From: an uncultured archaeon
Lineage (GTDB): Archaea > Asgardarchaeota > Thorarchaeia > Thorarchaeales > CAZPUN01
NCBI GenBank assembly: GCA_964589775.1
Contig: CAZPUN010000023.1
Coordinates: forward strand, 2,135-66,134
Direction of reading: 5' to 3'
Length of the DNA: 64,000 bases
Part shown: piece after piece, positions 21,508 to 31,665 of the stretch
Numbering within the stretch: position 1 is the first letter of the stretch
Layout of the letters: the number at the start of each line of letters is the position of its first letter
Notes under the pieces: generated by a model
Told to the model about the DNA's origin: nothing
The model's input: only the letters and a program-made list of their open reading frames with translations
Databases searched by the model: none
Translations under genes and position numbers: made by a program

Positions 21508-22446
21508 TTATGGTTTTATTGTTATATTTAATTTTGTCGCGAGATCCTTGTACCTATTTCGTACGGTCACTTCAGTCACATGAGCTGCTTCTGCAATTTC
21601 ACGTTGTGTTCTGCGTTCATACTGAATTATTCCCGCAATATATATTGATGCGGCAGCTAGTCCTCCCGGATCTTTTCCCGCAGTAATGCCTTTCTGTTTT
21701 GCTTGTTTTATTATATCAATTGCTGTGTATATAGTTTTTCCACTGAGTCCTAATGAATTTCCAATTTTAGGTATATAATCCATGGCGGAAGGAACTGGTG
21801 GGTGTATATCTATTTCTTTTAAAATAAGGCGTACACTCTGACCTAATTCTTTTCTATTCGTCCTTGCCTGAATGACGATTTCGTCTAAAGGTCGCGGAAT
21901 TTTGTGAATTCTACATGCTAAATATAGTGATGCAGCAACAATCCCCTCAATGCTTCGGCCTCTCACTAATCGTTTATTTAATGTCTTTCGATATATTAAT
22001 GCTGCAGTTTCTTTTGCCTCTTTTGGAATACCTAATTGTGAAGATAATCTTTCGAGTTCGCTCATAGCAATAGTTAGATTTCTGCTCTGGGCACTATATA
22101 CAATTGACCGAATTTGCCATTTTCTCATTCTATATAATTCCGCACGTTTTCTAACGCTGATTTCTTTTCCGTTCGCATCTTGATTTTTCCAATCTATTGT
22201 GGTTGAAAGCCCCTTATCATGTATTGTTAGACTAAGTGGACTACCTGTTCGTGCGCGATTATTATTTTCCTCAGAATTAAATGCTCGCCATTCTGGACCT
22301 TTATCTATTAGTTTTTCATCAATAATTAGACCACATGTGCCGCAGATTAATTCTCCCCTATTTAGGTCTTGAAAAACATTTGTTGAGCCACATTCGGGGC
22401 AGCGATATAAAATTTTTGTTTCCTTTTTTGAGGGAGTTGTTGTCAT
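21508..22446 (-). CDS. tfb: transcription initiation factor IIB (TFB)
   Basis: N-terminal zinc ribbon CPECGS...CGTCG plus two cyclin-fold repeats. Confidence 0.9.
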   Translation of the reverse strand: MTTTPSKKETKILYRCPECGSTNVFQDLNRGELICGTCGLIIDEKLIDKGPEWRAFNSEENNNRARTGSPLSLTIHDKGLSTTIDWKNQDANGKEISVRKRAELYRMRKWQIRSIVYSAQSRNLTIAMSELERLSSQLGIPKEAKETAALIYRKTLNKRLVRGRSIEGIVAASLYLACRIHKIPRPLDEIVIQARTNRKELGQSVRLILKEIDIHPPVPSAMDYIPKIGNSLGLSGKTIYTAIDIIKQAKQKGITAGKDPGGLAAASIYIAGIIQYERRTQREIAEAAHVTEVTVRNRYKDLATKLNITIKP

Positions 22447-22539
22447 TATTGAACCACCTAGTAGGCTCTTACATTTTGTAACTTCTCGGACTGGTTGTTT
22501 TTTAAGGTTTTTTATATATTGAAAAAGAAAAAGCAGATG

Positions 22540-23172
22540 CTATGCAGTTTTTAATTCATCAATTATTTTACTTGCTTCTTTTTTCCATTGCTTGCTTTTT
22601 ACCATAAGATCCTTTAAGTACTGTTCTGGGATTTCTGAATTCAAATACTCGCGAAGTTTCGTTAACCACCCGCTGATTTCTAAAGTTATTGGATGAAATG
22701 TTGTCACTGATTTAATCATCATTTCTCTTGCATGTGCTAAGTTATATTGTAGATTTGTTAAATTCTCATTTTTTATGACATCTGATATTAATTTATCTAA
22801 TGCAATTTCGCCAATTATCGCCATTCTGATCCTATTTGATTTATCTTCATCATAGGTTTTGTAATCCTCAATACTTTCGGCTATTTGTTGTGCTATATTA
22901 TCTTCAATATCTTTTATTCTCTGTTCATTTTCGCCTTTTAGTTTTAAAATGAGTTTATCTTCTCCAGTTTCAAGAGACATTATTATTTTCTTGTCTCCAT
23001 CTATTAATACAAAAATTGCATGTCTATTTAACGAATGTTCATCGGAGTATTTTCCCAAATAACTATGTTCAATGTTTGTAAGAATATGCCATGCGAGTCT
23101 AAATGCAATGTCTAAGTCGATATTTTCGATTGGGATCTCCTTCATATATACGTTTTCTGAATCTCCGGACAT
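22540..23172 (-). CDS. hypothetical protein
   Basis: ORF with ggagg RBS before MSGDSENV; no recognisable domain. Confidence 0.35.
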   Translation of the reverse strand: MSGDSENVYMKEIPIENIDLDIAFRLAWHILTNIEHSYLGKYSDEHSLNRHAIFVLIDGDKKIIMSLETGEDKLILKLKGENEQRIKDIEDNIAQQIAESIEDYKTYDEDKSNRIRMAIIGEIALDKLISDVIKNENLTNLQYNLAHAREMMIKSVTTFHPITLEISGWLTKLREYLNSEIPEQYLKDLMVKSKQWKKEASKIIDELKTA

Positions 23173-23275
23173 TAATGTTCCTCCAAATGTATGACTTAAT
23201 CTCATTTTTCTATGTATTTTTATTATTAAATAGTTTTTTGCGTTCTATTTATAGGTAAAAATTATTATAAAATAT

Positions 23276-23686
23276 TTGGAGATTAAAATGCCAAGTCAAT
23301 CAATTGAAAAAATGTTTATTCTTGTTCTATCATTAACCATGGTCTCTATAATTGTCGTTCCTACAATTGGGCAAACAATTCAATATTTATTGATCGGTGA
23401 TAAATTAGCAACCCTCGACTCTATTACCGGTTCTCTAAACACATATCTTGCAAAAGTTGAAAATAATCAGAGTGTTGAAGATATAGTAATTAATATTCCT
23501 CAAAATTATACAATCACTGCAGAATCAAATATTATATATATCAAATTATTAACCTACAATGCAACCCGTAAAATTATTCTTGATCATAGTGTTAATATAT
23601 ATGGTTTTAATGGATATGGTGATTATCGTATTCATGCTTTGATTGAAGATAGTATATTAAAAGTATATTTTAACAAAATAAGATAA
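23276..23686 (+). CDS. hypothetical membrane-anchored/secreted small protein
   Basis: N-terminal hydrophobic segment MFILVLSLTMVSIIVVP followed by a beta-rich soluble region. Confidence 0.3.
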   Translation: MEIKMPSQSIEKMFILVLSLTMVSIIVVPTIGQTIQYLLIGDKLATLDSITGSLNTYLAKVENNQSVEDIVINIPQNYTITAESNIIYIKLLTYNATRKIILDHSVNIYGFNGYGDYRIHALIEDSILKVYFNKIR

Positions 23687-23693
23687 AAGAGAC

Positions 23694-24887
23694 TTATAGT
23701 ATTAAGTCTCGTTGTAATTTCTCAGAAAGTACTTCTATTTTATTTTTATCGACGTAGACATCGTCTTCTGTTCGTACTCCACCATACTTACGAAGGTATA
23801 TTCCCGGCTCGATTGCCATTGTTACGTGTGCTGGTAGAATTCTATCATATTCTCGTAGCGATGGATATTCATGTATATCCAATCCTATTCCATGCCCTAA
23901 GGTGTGTATGAAACCTTCTTTTGCATCTGGATCGCTTTTAATTGTTTGAAATCCTGCTTGCTCAATTACTTTGCATGCTTTATCTACAAAAATCCCGATT
24001 GGCTCTCCAGCTTTTATCGAATCAATTGCGGATTCTATCGCTAAATTTACGGTTTCATACATTTTTCTCACATCTTTATTTGGTGTTCCTTTGATTATTG
24101 TTCGTGTAATATCTGCATAATATCTGTTGAATTTATGGCGCGGGAAAATATCTACTATGATCGGTTCGTGTGCTCGAATGATATCTTCTGGACTCCCAAG
24201 GTAGTGGAAATCATATCCTGCTTGTCCAGAAACAACGATTGATTCTTCAGTATTTTCAGAATCATTATCTAAAAGCGTATGTTCTATAACGCGCTTTATA
24301 TATCCTACGGTGAGTTTCTTATTTTCGTAGTACAATATATTATTATCGCCAATTTCTGAATTATTTATAATGTCAATGACTTTTTCAAATGTCTTAATGT
24401 CTGCATCTACGGCTTCACGTATTTTATTTATCTCATCTATTGATTTTGTTTCTCTCAATATATTGAAAAAGTTTGGGACTGCTTTTACATTATATCCAAA
24501 CTTTTGAAGAATCAACAATTTCGTTGCTGGGAAATCGTCAGGGACTCCTATGGTTGAACCTTCGGGAATTTCTTTGGGTACCCAGCTCTTTAGTATCATC
24601 TCTATATTCTCGCGGATATTTATGCCCTCAGACATCATTTTTACATAAATCTCAGTAATATCCTTAACATTCTTGATTTCTGTTTGCTTTTTAACGCGCT
24701 CACAGGTATTGAATGCTGTAACCACCATTGGTTCTGAATCCTTATGCTTTACATATGTGATTTCATCTGGTGATAAAAATCCAGTAAGATAGTAGATTGT
24801 TGGGCTAATGAAACCACTGCCCGAATGTAAAATTACATCTAAATCAAATAGATCCATTAATTTATCAATGTCTTGTTTCATATCCAA
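23694..24887 (-). CDS. M24 family Xaa-Pro aminopeptidase/dipeptidase
   Basis: HTLGHGIGLDIHE and metal-ligand pattern of the pita-bread fold. Confidence 0.8.
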   Translation of the reverse strand: MDMKQDIDKLMDLFDLDVILHSGSGFISPTIYYLTGFLSPDEITYVKHKDSEPMVVTAFNTCERVKKQTEIKNVKDITEIYVKMMSEGINIRENIEMILKSWVPKEIPEGSTIGVPDDFPATKLLILQKFGYNVKAVPNFFNILRETKSIDEINKIREAVDADIKTFEKVIDIINNSEIGDNNILYYENKKLTVGYIKRVIEHTLLDNDSENTEESIVVSGQAGYDFHYLGSPEDIIRAHEPIIVDIFPRHKFNRYYADITRTIIKGTPNKDVRKMYETVNLAIESAIDSIKAGEPIGIFVDKACKVIEQAGFQTIKSDPDAKEGFIHTLGHGIGLDIHEYPSLREYDRILPAHVTMAIEPGIYLRKYGGVRTEDDVYVDKNKIEVLSEKLQRDLIL

Positions 24888-24890
24888 CCC

Positions 24891-25814
24891 TCATATTTCT
24901 GAAGCCTTACTTGTATTTATCCATTTGCCTGTTTGCATTCGTTTTTTTACGCTTTTTCTAGACGGGAATCCTGTAGGCCCCTTTGTTTCTATATTATATG
25001 ATGCTACTGCTGAAGCAAAATGTCCTGCTTTTTTAATACTTTTTGTTTTTAAGAATTCGACGATAAATCCCATCATATATGTATCTCCTGCACCTGTTGT
25101 ATCTACGATTTTCTCAGGCAAATATGCTGGAATCTTATATTCTTTATTGTTAGTAAATATTATAGAACCTCGTTCAGAGCGAGTTACAATTACAACTCTT
25201 GTTCCCAAATCTATGATGGCTTTAGCAGCTGTTCCTATATCCTCAGTACCTGTTAATTCTACAATTTCACGTTCATCACATTTTAAAAGAAAAATTCTCT
25301 CAAGTACTCTATTTGCATCTTTCCATTTTTGTGGAACTATTCTGCCATCATTTAATCGTTTTCTTAAAAAGCCTTGAGGATCTATCGAAATTGTAAATCC
25401 GTTTCTTTCAAGTTGTAATATTGTTTTAGTATCTATTTCGTTCAAAATTGGACCTATATGAATCCATTTTGCATTTTGATATTCCTCGGGTATGTCTTGA
25501 AGCTCTATCTTCTGAGCAACGTGTTCCACAATTTGTATTCTGTTTCCTTCTTTATCGTATATGTTTGTAAATGACGTACTATGTTCACCTTTAACATGTA
25601 TTCCTCTTAGATCTATGCCAGATGCTCTCAAGCTCTTCCAGAACGCATCTGGGAAATCTGTACCCACAATTGATACAACACCAACAGTTTCACCGAGTTT
25701 TGGTATGACTTGTGAATATGCAGGTACGCCTCCTAATGCCTGCCATTTCTCGTTATCAATGATAATCGTGTCTATACTAAAATGTCCAATTATGACAATA
25801 TTTACCATTTTCAT
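24891..25814 (-). CDS. PfkB-family carbohydrate/nucleoside kinase (ribokinase-like)
   Basis: GG dipeptide and DTTGAGD anion-hole motif. Confidence 0.8.
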   Translation of the reverse strand: MKMVNIVIIGHFSIDTIIIDNEKWQALGGVPAYSQVIPKLGETVGVVSIVGTDFPDAFWKSLRASGIDLRGIHVKGEHSTSFTNIYDKEGNRIQIVEHVAQKIELQDIPEEYQNAKWIHIGPILNEIDTKTILQLERNGFTISIDPQGFLRKRLNDGRIVPQKWKDANRVLERIFLLKCDEREIVELTGTEDIGTAAKAIIDLGTRVVIVTRSERGSIIFTNNKEYKIPAYLPEKIVDTTGAGDTYMMGFIVEFLKTKSIKKAGHFASAVASYNIETKGPTGFPSRKSVKKRMQTGKWINTSKASEI

Positions 25815-26093
25815 CTACAAGTCCTATTGATTTTTGTACCCATTTAAATTGCTGACTATTACGATTATATTAGAATTTTGAATGTTATTCTCAAATTTGA
25901 AGTTTTATACCAAATAGCCATGTTCAGAATCAATCTTTTTTGATATTGATTAATCATAGTTTGCGCTTTCTATGTCAAATATTGAAAATTTATGTGCTCA
26001 ATAACTAAACATTTAAGTTTCTTATTCCACTTAATTTAAATAGGAATAAATTTGATTAAACACTGGAATATATCGCGAATGGGTGGCTAGGCA

Positions 26094-26426
26094 ATGATGG
26101 AATTAAGTATGTTACTGCAGGTAAATATTATAATACTTGCAGCACTATGTTTCATTGGGGTATTATACTTACTAGCGCGTAAAATGGCGCCTCCACCAAG
26201 AACTTCTGGTGCTGCAGTTGAGCCGTATGGCTCAGGTGAAAAAGTAAAAATTGGAAAGCTAAAGTTCAGGGCACAAATGCTGAATTTTGTATTCATGTTT
26301 ATTGTATTTGAGTCGTTGATATTATCAATTCTTGCATGGCAAGTAAATCCACTTGCTGTTAGTGTATATCTAATTGTGACCCTGTTCGCATTGCTTGCTA
26401 CAAAGCAATGTACTACAGTTTGTTAG
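26094..26426 (+). CDS. NuoA-like small membrane subunit (second complex-I-like module)
   Basis: VEPYGSGE...FIVFESLILSILAW follows the NuoA pattern (PYECG..FDxE..FLFPWA) in divergent form. Confidence 0.55.
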   Translation: MMELSMLLQVNIIILAALCFIGVLYLLARKMAPPPRTSGAAVEPYGSGEKVKIGKLKFRAQMLNFVFMFIVFESLILSILAWQVNPLAVSVYLIVTLFALLATKQCTTVC

Positions 26427-26429
26427 GAG

Positions 26430-26882
26430 TTGATATTAGTGGTTCTTGCAAAAATTGCAAAATGGGCTAGGTTAAAGTCACCTTGGGTTATCCACATGAA
26501 TAGTGGTAGCTGTAATGGGTGTGATATTGAAATAGTAGCGGCATTGACTCCTCGTTATGATCTTGAACGCTTTGGTGTCAAATTAATGGGTAGTCCTAGG
26601 CACGCAGATATTATGCTTCTTACTGGTACTATGACTGCACAGGCTAGAGAACGAGCAATTCGTGTTTATGAGCAGATGGCCGAGCCAAAGTTTGTTGTTG
26701 CAATTGGAAGTTGCGCTTTAAGTGGCGGTGTTTTTGCAGGTAGTTACAATACATTAAAAGGAGCCGATAAAGCTTTACCAATTGCTGCGTATGTGCCTGG
26801 TTGTCCACCTAAGCCTGAAGCAATTATTCAAGCCGTAGCAGCCCTATTAGAAAAGCTCGAAAAAGGTGAAAGCAATGAGTGA
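26430..26882 (+). CDS. NuoB-like / group-4 [NiFe]-hydrogenase-type small subunit
   Basis: GSCNGCDIEI ... GSC ... PGCPPKPE. The four proximal-cluster Cys ligands are arranged as in Mbh/Ech/Hyc small subunits rather than the CCxxE arrangement of NuoB. Confidence 0.8.
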   Translation: MILVVLAKIAKWARLKSPWVIHMNSGSCNGCDIEIVAALTPRYDLERFGVKLMGSPRHADIMLLTGTMTAQARERAIRVYEQMAEPKFVVAIGSCALSGGVFAGSYNTLKGADKALPIAAYVPGCPPKPEAIIQAVAALLEKLEKGESNE

Positions 26883-27354
26883 TCAAAATTTAGCAGCTGA
26901 AAATGAAATAGTATCCATGCTGAAGAAATATTTGGGTGACGACTTAAAGGACATTAATATTCAGCGTCGCCATAGAGTGTGGGCTGAGATTCCCGTTTCA
27001 AAACTAAGAGATACACTCCAATTCTTAATTGATAATCGCAACTTGTACTATTTATCCACGATAAGTGGAGTTGACATGAAAGATCATTTTGAAATGCTAT
27101 ATCATTTGTTCTTGCATGAAGATAAGATTGAGTTGACCCTTACAGTAAAATTACCCCATGATAACCCTTCAGTCCCCACGATTATTGATCTATTCCCTGG
27201 TGCTGATATGGCTGAACGTGAAGCACATGAAATGTTTGGTATTAATATTGAGGGTCGTGATGAAGAACTAAAGCATGTGGAACTTCCAGATACGTGGCCC
27301 GAAGGTCAATATCCACTCAGAAAGGATTGGAGTGGAAATAATGAGGAAGCCTGA
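26866..27354 (+). CDS. NuoC-like (30 kDa) subunit
   Basis: AEREAHEMFGINIEG...LPDTWPEGQYPLRKDW. Confidence 0.75.
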   Translation: MKAMSDQNLAAENEIVSMLKKYLGDDLKDINIQRRHRVWAEIPVSKLRDTLQFLIDNRNLYYLSTISGVDMKDHFEMLYHLFLHEDKIELTLTVKLPHDNPSVPTIIDLFPGADMAEREAHEMFGINIEGRDEELKHVELPDTWPEGQYPLRKDWSGNNEEA

Positions 27355-27364
27355 GGTGAAGTAA

Positions 27365-28417
27365 ATGGAGATTATTATGGAATCCCTTATGTTTTTCTTG
27401 CAAGTATTGATATTTCCCGGAATATTCTTCCTGACATTTGTTGCTCTATTGTGGGAATGGGTAGACCGTAAATTTTACGCTAAATTACAGAATAGAGTAG
27501 GGCCTTATTTCACAGGTAAGAAAGGGTTCCTACAGCCTCTTGCCGATTTCTTAAAATTATTGTCTAAGGAAGATCTAACTCCTGAACAGAGTAACAAGCG
27601 TGGGTTCAAAGCAGCTCCAATTGTAATCGCAATTACAATTCTATTCTTATTGATGTTTATACCCATCACTGGTGCAAAAGGAATTATTTCATTTGAAGGC
27701 GACCTTCTATTTGTTTTGTTTGGGTCTTCATTGATCATGGCTGTAATTATGCTTTCTGGATGGTTTTCATCAAGTCCTTTTGCTATTGCGGGTGGTACTC
27801 GTACCGGATTGCTTATGATTGCTTATGAATTGCCATTAATTATTTCCTTACTAACTCCTGCAGTTATCGTCGGCAGTCTAAATATATCCACAATTATCAC
27901 GTATCAACTAACTCACGGCTTACCATTTATTGCAATATTTCCAATAATGTTTGGATTTATAATTTATGTCATCGCATTAGAAGCAGAACTAGAACGAGTG
28001 CCATTCGATGTTTCACATGCTGAAACTGAAATTGTTGCAGGTTGGAAAGTAGAATATTCTGGTAAAAAACTGGCATTGCTCTCGATGGTTTCAGATCTCG
28101 AACTAGTGTTTGGCGCAGGTATTGCAACAGCTATATTCTTAGGCGGCCCCTTCTTGTTTGAATTTATTCCACTTGATTGGGCTCAGTCTATTGCTACTCT
28201 TGCGGCTACCACATACTTTGGATTACTGTATTATCCTCTAGTATTCCTGTTCAAGTCTTTCTTGATAATATTAATACTAAGCTTGTTTAGAGCTCTAATG
28301 GCTCGTCTAAGAATTGACCAAATTATAAATGCGTCATGGAAAATTTTACTTCCTCTGGCAATTTTGGTGCTATTACTAGTACATTTGCCGAGTGTATTAG
28401 CATTATGGGGGCTATAA
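27365..28417 (+). CDS. NuoH-like membrane subunit
   Basis: VGPYFTGKKGFLQPLADFLKLL and AELERVPFD motifs. It directly follows the NuoC-like gene, with no NuoD-like gene between. Confidence 0.8.
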   Translation: MEIIMESLMFFLQVLIFPGIFFLTFVALLWEWVDRKFYAKLQNRVGPYFTGKKGFLQPLADFLKLLSKEDLTPEQSNKRGFKAAPIVIAITILFLLMFIPITGAKGIISFEGDLLFVLFGSSLIMAVIMLSGWFSSSPFAIAGGTRTGLLMIAYELPLIISLLTPAVIVGSLNISTIITYQLTHGLPFIAIFPIMFGFIIYVIALEAELERVPFDVSHAETEIVAGWKVEYSGKKLALLSMVSDLELVFGAGIATAIFLGGPFLFEFIPLDWAQSIATLAATTYFGLLYYPLVFLFKSFLIILILSLFRALMARLRIDQIINASWKILLPLAILVLLLVHLPSVLALWGL

Positions 28418-28418
28418 T

Positions 28419-28787
28419 ATGTGTCCAGTTCCTGGTAAGATGATTGGTGAATTGCTAAGGCATGCTTTCAAGAAGAGCGCAACAACTTCATATCCTTTGT
28501 CAAAGGATGAAGTCAATATTCCCCAAGATTTACGTGGCAAATGGGAATTGTATTTGGACAAATGTATTGGATGTAGTCTGTGTGAGCGCGTATGTCCATC
28601 ATTTGCCATAGTCATGGTTGAATGCCGTGAGGGTGAAACTACAAAGACAGGAAAGCGTCCAATTTGCCACATTGATAAATGTGTATTTTGCGCTCAATGT
28701 GAAGAGACATGTCCAACAAAAGCAATAAAATTAACACAAAACTTTGAGCTCGCGTTATTCAATCGTGAGAATGGCGTAATTGAGTAA
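28419..28787 (+). CDS. NuoI-like 2x[4Fe-4S] ferredoxin subunit
   Basis: CIGCSLCERVCP and CVFCAQCEETCP. Confidence 0.8.
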   Translation: MCPVPGKMIGELLRHAFKKSATTSYPLSKDEVNIPQDLRGKWELYLDKCIGCSLCERVCPSFAIVMVECREGETTKTGKRPICHIDKCVFCAQCEETCPTKAIKLTQNFELALFNRENGVIE

Positions 28788-28832
28788 TAATCTTCTTTTT
28801 ATTCTTTTTTTACATTTTTTAAAAATATCTGT
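28788..28832 (+). terminator. oligo-T terminator after the second Nuo-like module
   Basis: Sequence tcttctttttattctttttttacatttttt. Confidence 0.35.
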
Positions 28833-28978
28833 TATTTTTATTTCAAATTTTGTAGATTATTCATTCTTTTTACACGCGCTGTTTATATAGGTGTATTTCT
28901 CTAAATAAATAAAAAGACTTTAATTGTACCTATGCTCATTAAAATCAAAATTACTAATAATGATGAAGGTATGTGACT

Positions 28979-29737
28979 ATGGGTAAGGTTTGGAACTATA
29001 TCACGGAAAAGCTCGAAAAAGACAAAGTATTACACTTTACATTATTAGATCCGGATCCTCTAGATAGATCAATTGAAGATACAGTAAAAATGGCAGTACT
29101 TGCAGAAAAAGCCGGTACTGATGCGATCATGATCGGTGGTAGTACAGCTTTTGGTATAATTAATCAGTCAGTTAAAGCAATAACTGAATCTGTAGATGTT
29201 CCGACCATATTGTTTCCTGGAAATATAACTGGAATATCTCCTTATGCTGATGCGATTTTCTTTATGAGCTTATTGAATTCATCAAATCCATATTGGATCA
29301 TCGGTGCCCAAGCATTAGCTTCGGTTCCTGTAAAGCAGTCCGGTATTGAGCCTATATCACTTGCATACTTACTTATTGAACCCGGAAAAACCGCAGGATG
29401 GGTTGGAGAAGCTCGTCTGTTTCCACGCGATAAACCTAAACTTGTATTAGCATATTCATTGGCTGCAGAATTACTTGGTTTTAAGATGGTTTATCTTGAA
29501 GCTGGAAGTGGCTCGGATATAGGTGGTGTTCCTCCTGCAATCATAAAGGCGGTTTCATCGTATACCTCAATCCCTATAGTTGTAGGTGGTGGCTTAACTA
29601 CAAAAGAAGATTTGATCACTGCAGCCAAGAGTGGCGCAAGTATTGTTGTGCAAGGAACCTTTGTTGAGCGGACTGTACTAAAAGATGGCGGAAAGGCGCT
29701 AAAAGAGCAAATTTCTGCACTAAAGAGTTCAATTTAA
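28979..29737 (+). CDS. geranylgeranylglyceryl phosphate synthase (PcrB/GGGPS family)
   Basis: TIM-barrel PcrB signature: MIGGS...YLEAGSG...IPIVVGGGL. Confidence 0.8.
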   Translation: MGKVWNYITEKLEKDKVLHFTLLDPDPLDRSIEDTVKMAVLAEKAGTDAIMIGGSTAFGIINQSVKAITESVDVPTILFPGNITGISPYADAIFFMSLLNSSNPYWIIGAQALASVPVKQSGIEPISLAYLLIEPGKTAGWVGEARLFPRDKPKLVLAYSLAAELLGFKMVYLEAGSGSDIGGVPPAIIKAVSSYTSIPIVVGGGLTTKEDLITAAKSGASIVVQGTFVERTVLKDGGKALKEQISALKSSI

Positions 29738-29812
29738 ATCATAGAATGTAATGAAAAAATTAAATAGGTGTTATGCACTAAATTACTTTAATAATAAACT
29801 GGTGATTGGCTA

Positions 29813-30190
29813 TTGTCAACGAGAAATGAAATACTCTTAAATATACTCAAGGAACTTGAAAAAAGCTCACGTGGTCAAGTTGAAGCAAGTGCTATTATAT
29901 CCACACAAGGACTTCCTATTAGTTCTGCAAATCTAGATAATGTAGATGAAGGTGTAGTTGCAGCTATGGCTGCTGCAATTCTTGCAGTATCAGAGCGCGC
30001 TACAGCAGAGTTAAATCGCGGGCAGTTCAATAGAGTCCTTGTAGAAGGCGAGAATGGTTACATAATTATTGCTGGTGCGGGTTCTGAAGCAATTCTTGTA
30101 GTTTTGGCAAATAAAAAAGCCAATCTCGGATATATCTTCTTAATTATGACTCGATTAAGTACCGAAATTGAAAAAACCTTAAGAGAATAA
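29813..30190 (+). CDS. Roadblock/LC7 (MglB-like) domain protein
   Basis: 125 aa; pattern GLPISS...VAAMAAAIL...VLVEGENGYIIIAGAG typical of the roadblock family. Confidence 0.6.
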   Translation: MSTRNEILLNILKELEKSSRGQVEASAIISTQGLPISSANLDNVDEGVVAAMAAAILAVSERATAELNRGQFNRVLVEGENGYIIIAGAGSEAILVVLANKKANLGYIFLIMTRLSTEIEKTLRE

Positions 30191-30250
30191 CTTTTAAGAG
30201 GTATTTGGAACAATTAATAATAAAAAGTTAGTAAAGGAGCAATATGCTGA

Positions 30251-30568
30251 GTGACAGATGACGAAATTTGTCCGGTTTGTGGATTACCCAAAGATCTCTG
30301 CGTATGTGGCGAGATCTCAAAGGGTGAGCAGAAGATCAAAGTTTTTGTTGAGAAGCGTAAATGGGGTAGACTCATGACCATCGTTGATGGGGTCGATGAA
30401 AAAGAAGTTGACCTCAATGCATTAGCTACTCGTTTGAAGACAAAGTGTGCATGTGGTGGTACTGCAAAAGATGGTCATATTGAATTACAAGGCGATCATC
30501 GTGATAAATTAAAGGGAATTCTAGTTCAAGAAGGATTTCCCGAGGAAAATATTGATATTATATGGTAA
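30251..30568 (+). CDS. translation initiation factor aSUI1 (eIF1 homologue)
   Basis: [15 protein letters not shown] zinc knuckle plus [26 protein letters not shown]1 core. Confidence 0.8.
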   Translation: MTDDEICPVCGLPKDLCVCGEISKGEQKIKVFVEKRKWGRLMTIVDGVDEKEVDLNALATRLKTKCACGGTAKDGHIELQGDHRDKLKGILVQEGFPEENIDIIW

Positions 30569-30607
30569 AATTAGTTTTGGAGCATATATGCTCCATTTCC
30601 TTTACCT

Positions 30608-31555
30608 TTACATTGTTGTTGGGCGTGCCCCACCGCTCTCAATAATAACTGTATGCTCACTTTGAGTTACAATGCTATTCTTTTTGTCTGCTAAGACTGG
30701 ATAACTGTGTAATGCGCCTGTTTGTTGTAATTCTCTTATTGCCAGATGCATTGAGGCCTTTTTCATTCTTTTTGCAACCCAACGTTCTGCAAATGGTAGT
30801 GTACTATATTCTTTTCTTGCAAATCCCAAAAATTGTCTAGTTCCCTTGAAACGAACTGGGACTCTTATTGGTAATAGCATAAATATATATGTCTGTGGTA
30901 AGTCATGTACTGAGCCCGAACCATTTGTAGCAAAGGTTTCCACCGCGTATGCTTCGCCTTCTTCCACCACATCATCTTTTTCAACACCAATCAAAGGTAT
31001 TGATTTTTCTCCATGGAGCTCATATTCTCCTAATTGATGTCCTGATAGGTTTTTAATTGGCAGGAACCCAAAAGATTTGATTGTATCTTCGATAGATGCA
31101 CCTATTTTTCCAAGATTTGCTCCTGGCTTTAATAGATCTATGGCTGTTTTTGTAGCTTCGATTGATGCTTTTACTAAGCTATCATATTCCGGATTTAAAC
31201 TGATAGTAATCGCAGTATCAGCTATGTATCCATCTATATGAACTCCAACATCTACTTTTACAACGTCTCCATCTTTAATTACTGTTTTATCATCTAGTGG
31301 TGGAGAATAATGTGCTGCGTGATTGTTAATTGAAATATTTGCAGGAAATGCCCATTTTCCACCTTTATCTAAAATGAATTGTTCTAATTGTTCGGCAATA
31401 TCAACGACTTTCGCTTCTGGTTTTACTAATGTTTTTGCAAGTTCTAATGTTTCTTTTGCTATTTTTCCAGCTCGAATATATTTCTCTAATGGTGTTTCTT
31501 CTTTTTCTTCATTCTCTTCTTTTTCTTCGATTTGTTGCTTTTCTTCTTCGCTCAT
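30608..31555 (-). CDS. map: methionine aminopeptidase, type 2, with acidic Glu/Lys-rich N-terminal extension
   Basis: Pita-bread motifs DGDVVKVDVGVHIDGYIADTA, HQLG..; low-complexity EEKEENEEKEE N-terminus. Confidence 0.85.
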   Translation of the reverse strand: MSEEEKQQIEEKEENEEKEETPLEKYIRAGKIAKETLELAKTLVKPEAKVVDIAEQLEQFILDKGGKWAFPANISINNHAAHYSPPLDDKTVIKDGDVVKVDVGVHIDGYIADTAITISLNPEYDSLVKASIEATKTAIDLLKPGANLGKIGASIEDTIKSFGFLPIKNLSGHQLGEYELHGEKSIPLIGVEKDDVVEEGEAYAVETFATNGSGSVHDLPQTYIFMLLPIRVPVRFKGTRQFLGFARKEYSTLPFAERWVAKRMKKASMHLAIRELQQTGALHSYPVLADKKNSIVTQSEHTVIIESGGARPTTM

Positions 31556-31665
31556 ATTTATTACCTACCTACTTTACTAAATATGTTCTCAACGCAAATC
31601 ATATTTATATTATATGTTATTTACTCTTTAATCGTATTTAACAATGATTCTGGTATTGATGTAAT

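Noticed and set aside
24808-25377. 189-aa ORF overlapping the PfkB kinase and M24 peptidase on the opposite strand
   Set aside because: Antisense to two confident genes.
31429-31560. Repetitive ttcttc/ttttct tract that could be mistaken for a tandem repeat or CRISPR-like element
   Set aside because: It is the antisense of the GAA/AAA-rich codons for the Glu/Lys-rich N-terminal extension of methionine aminopeptidase, with no spacer-repeat periodicity.
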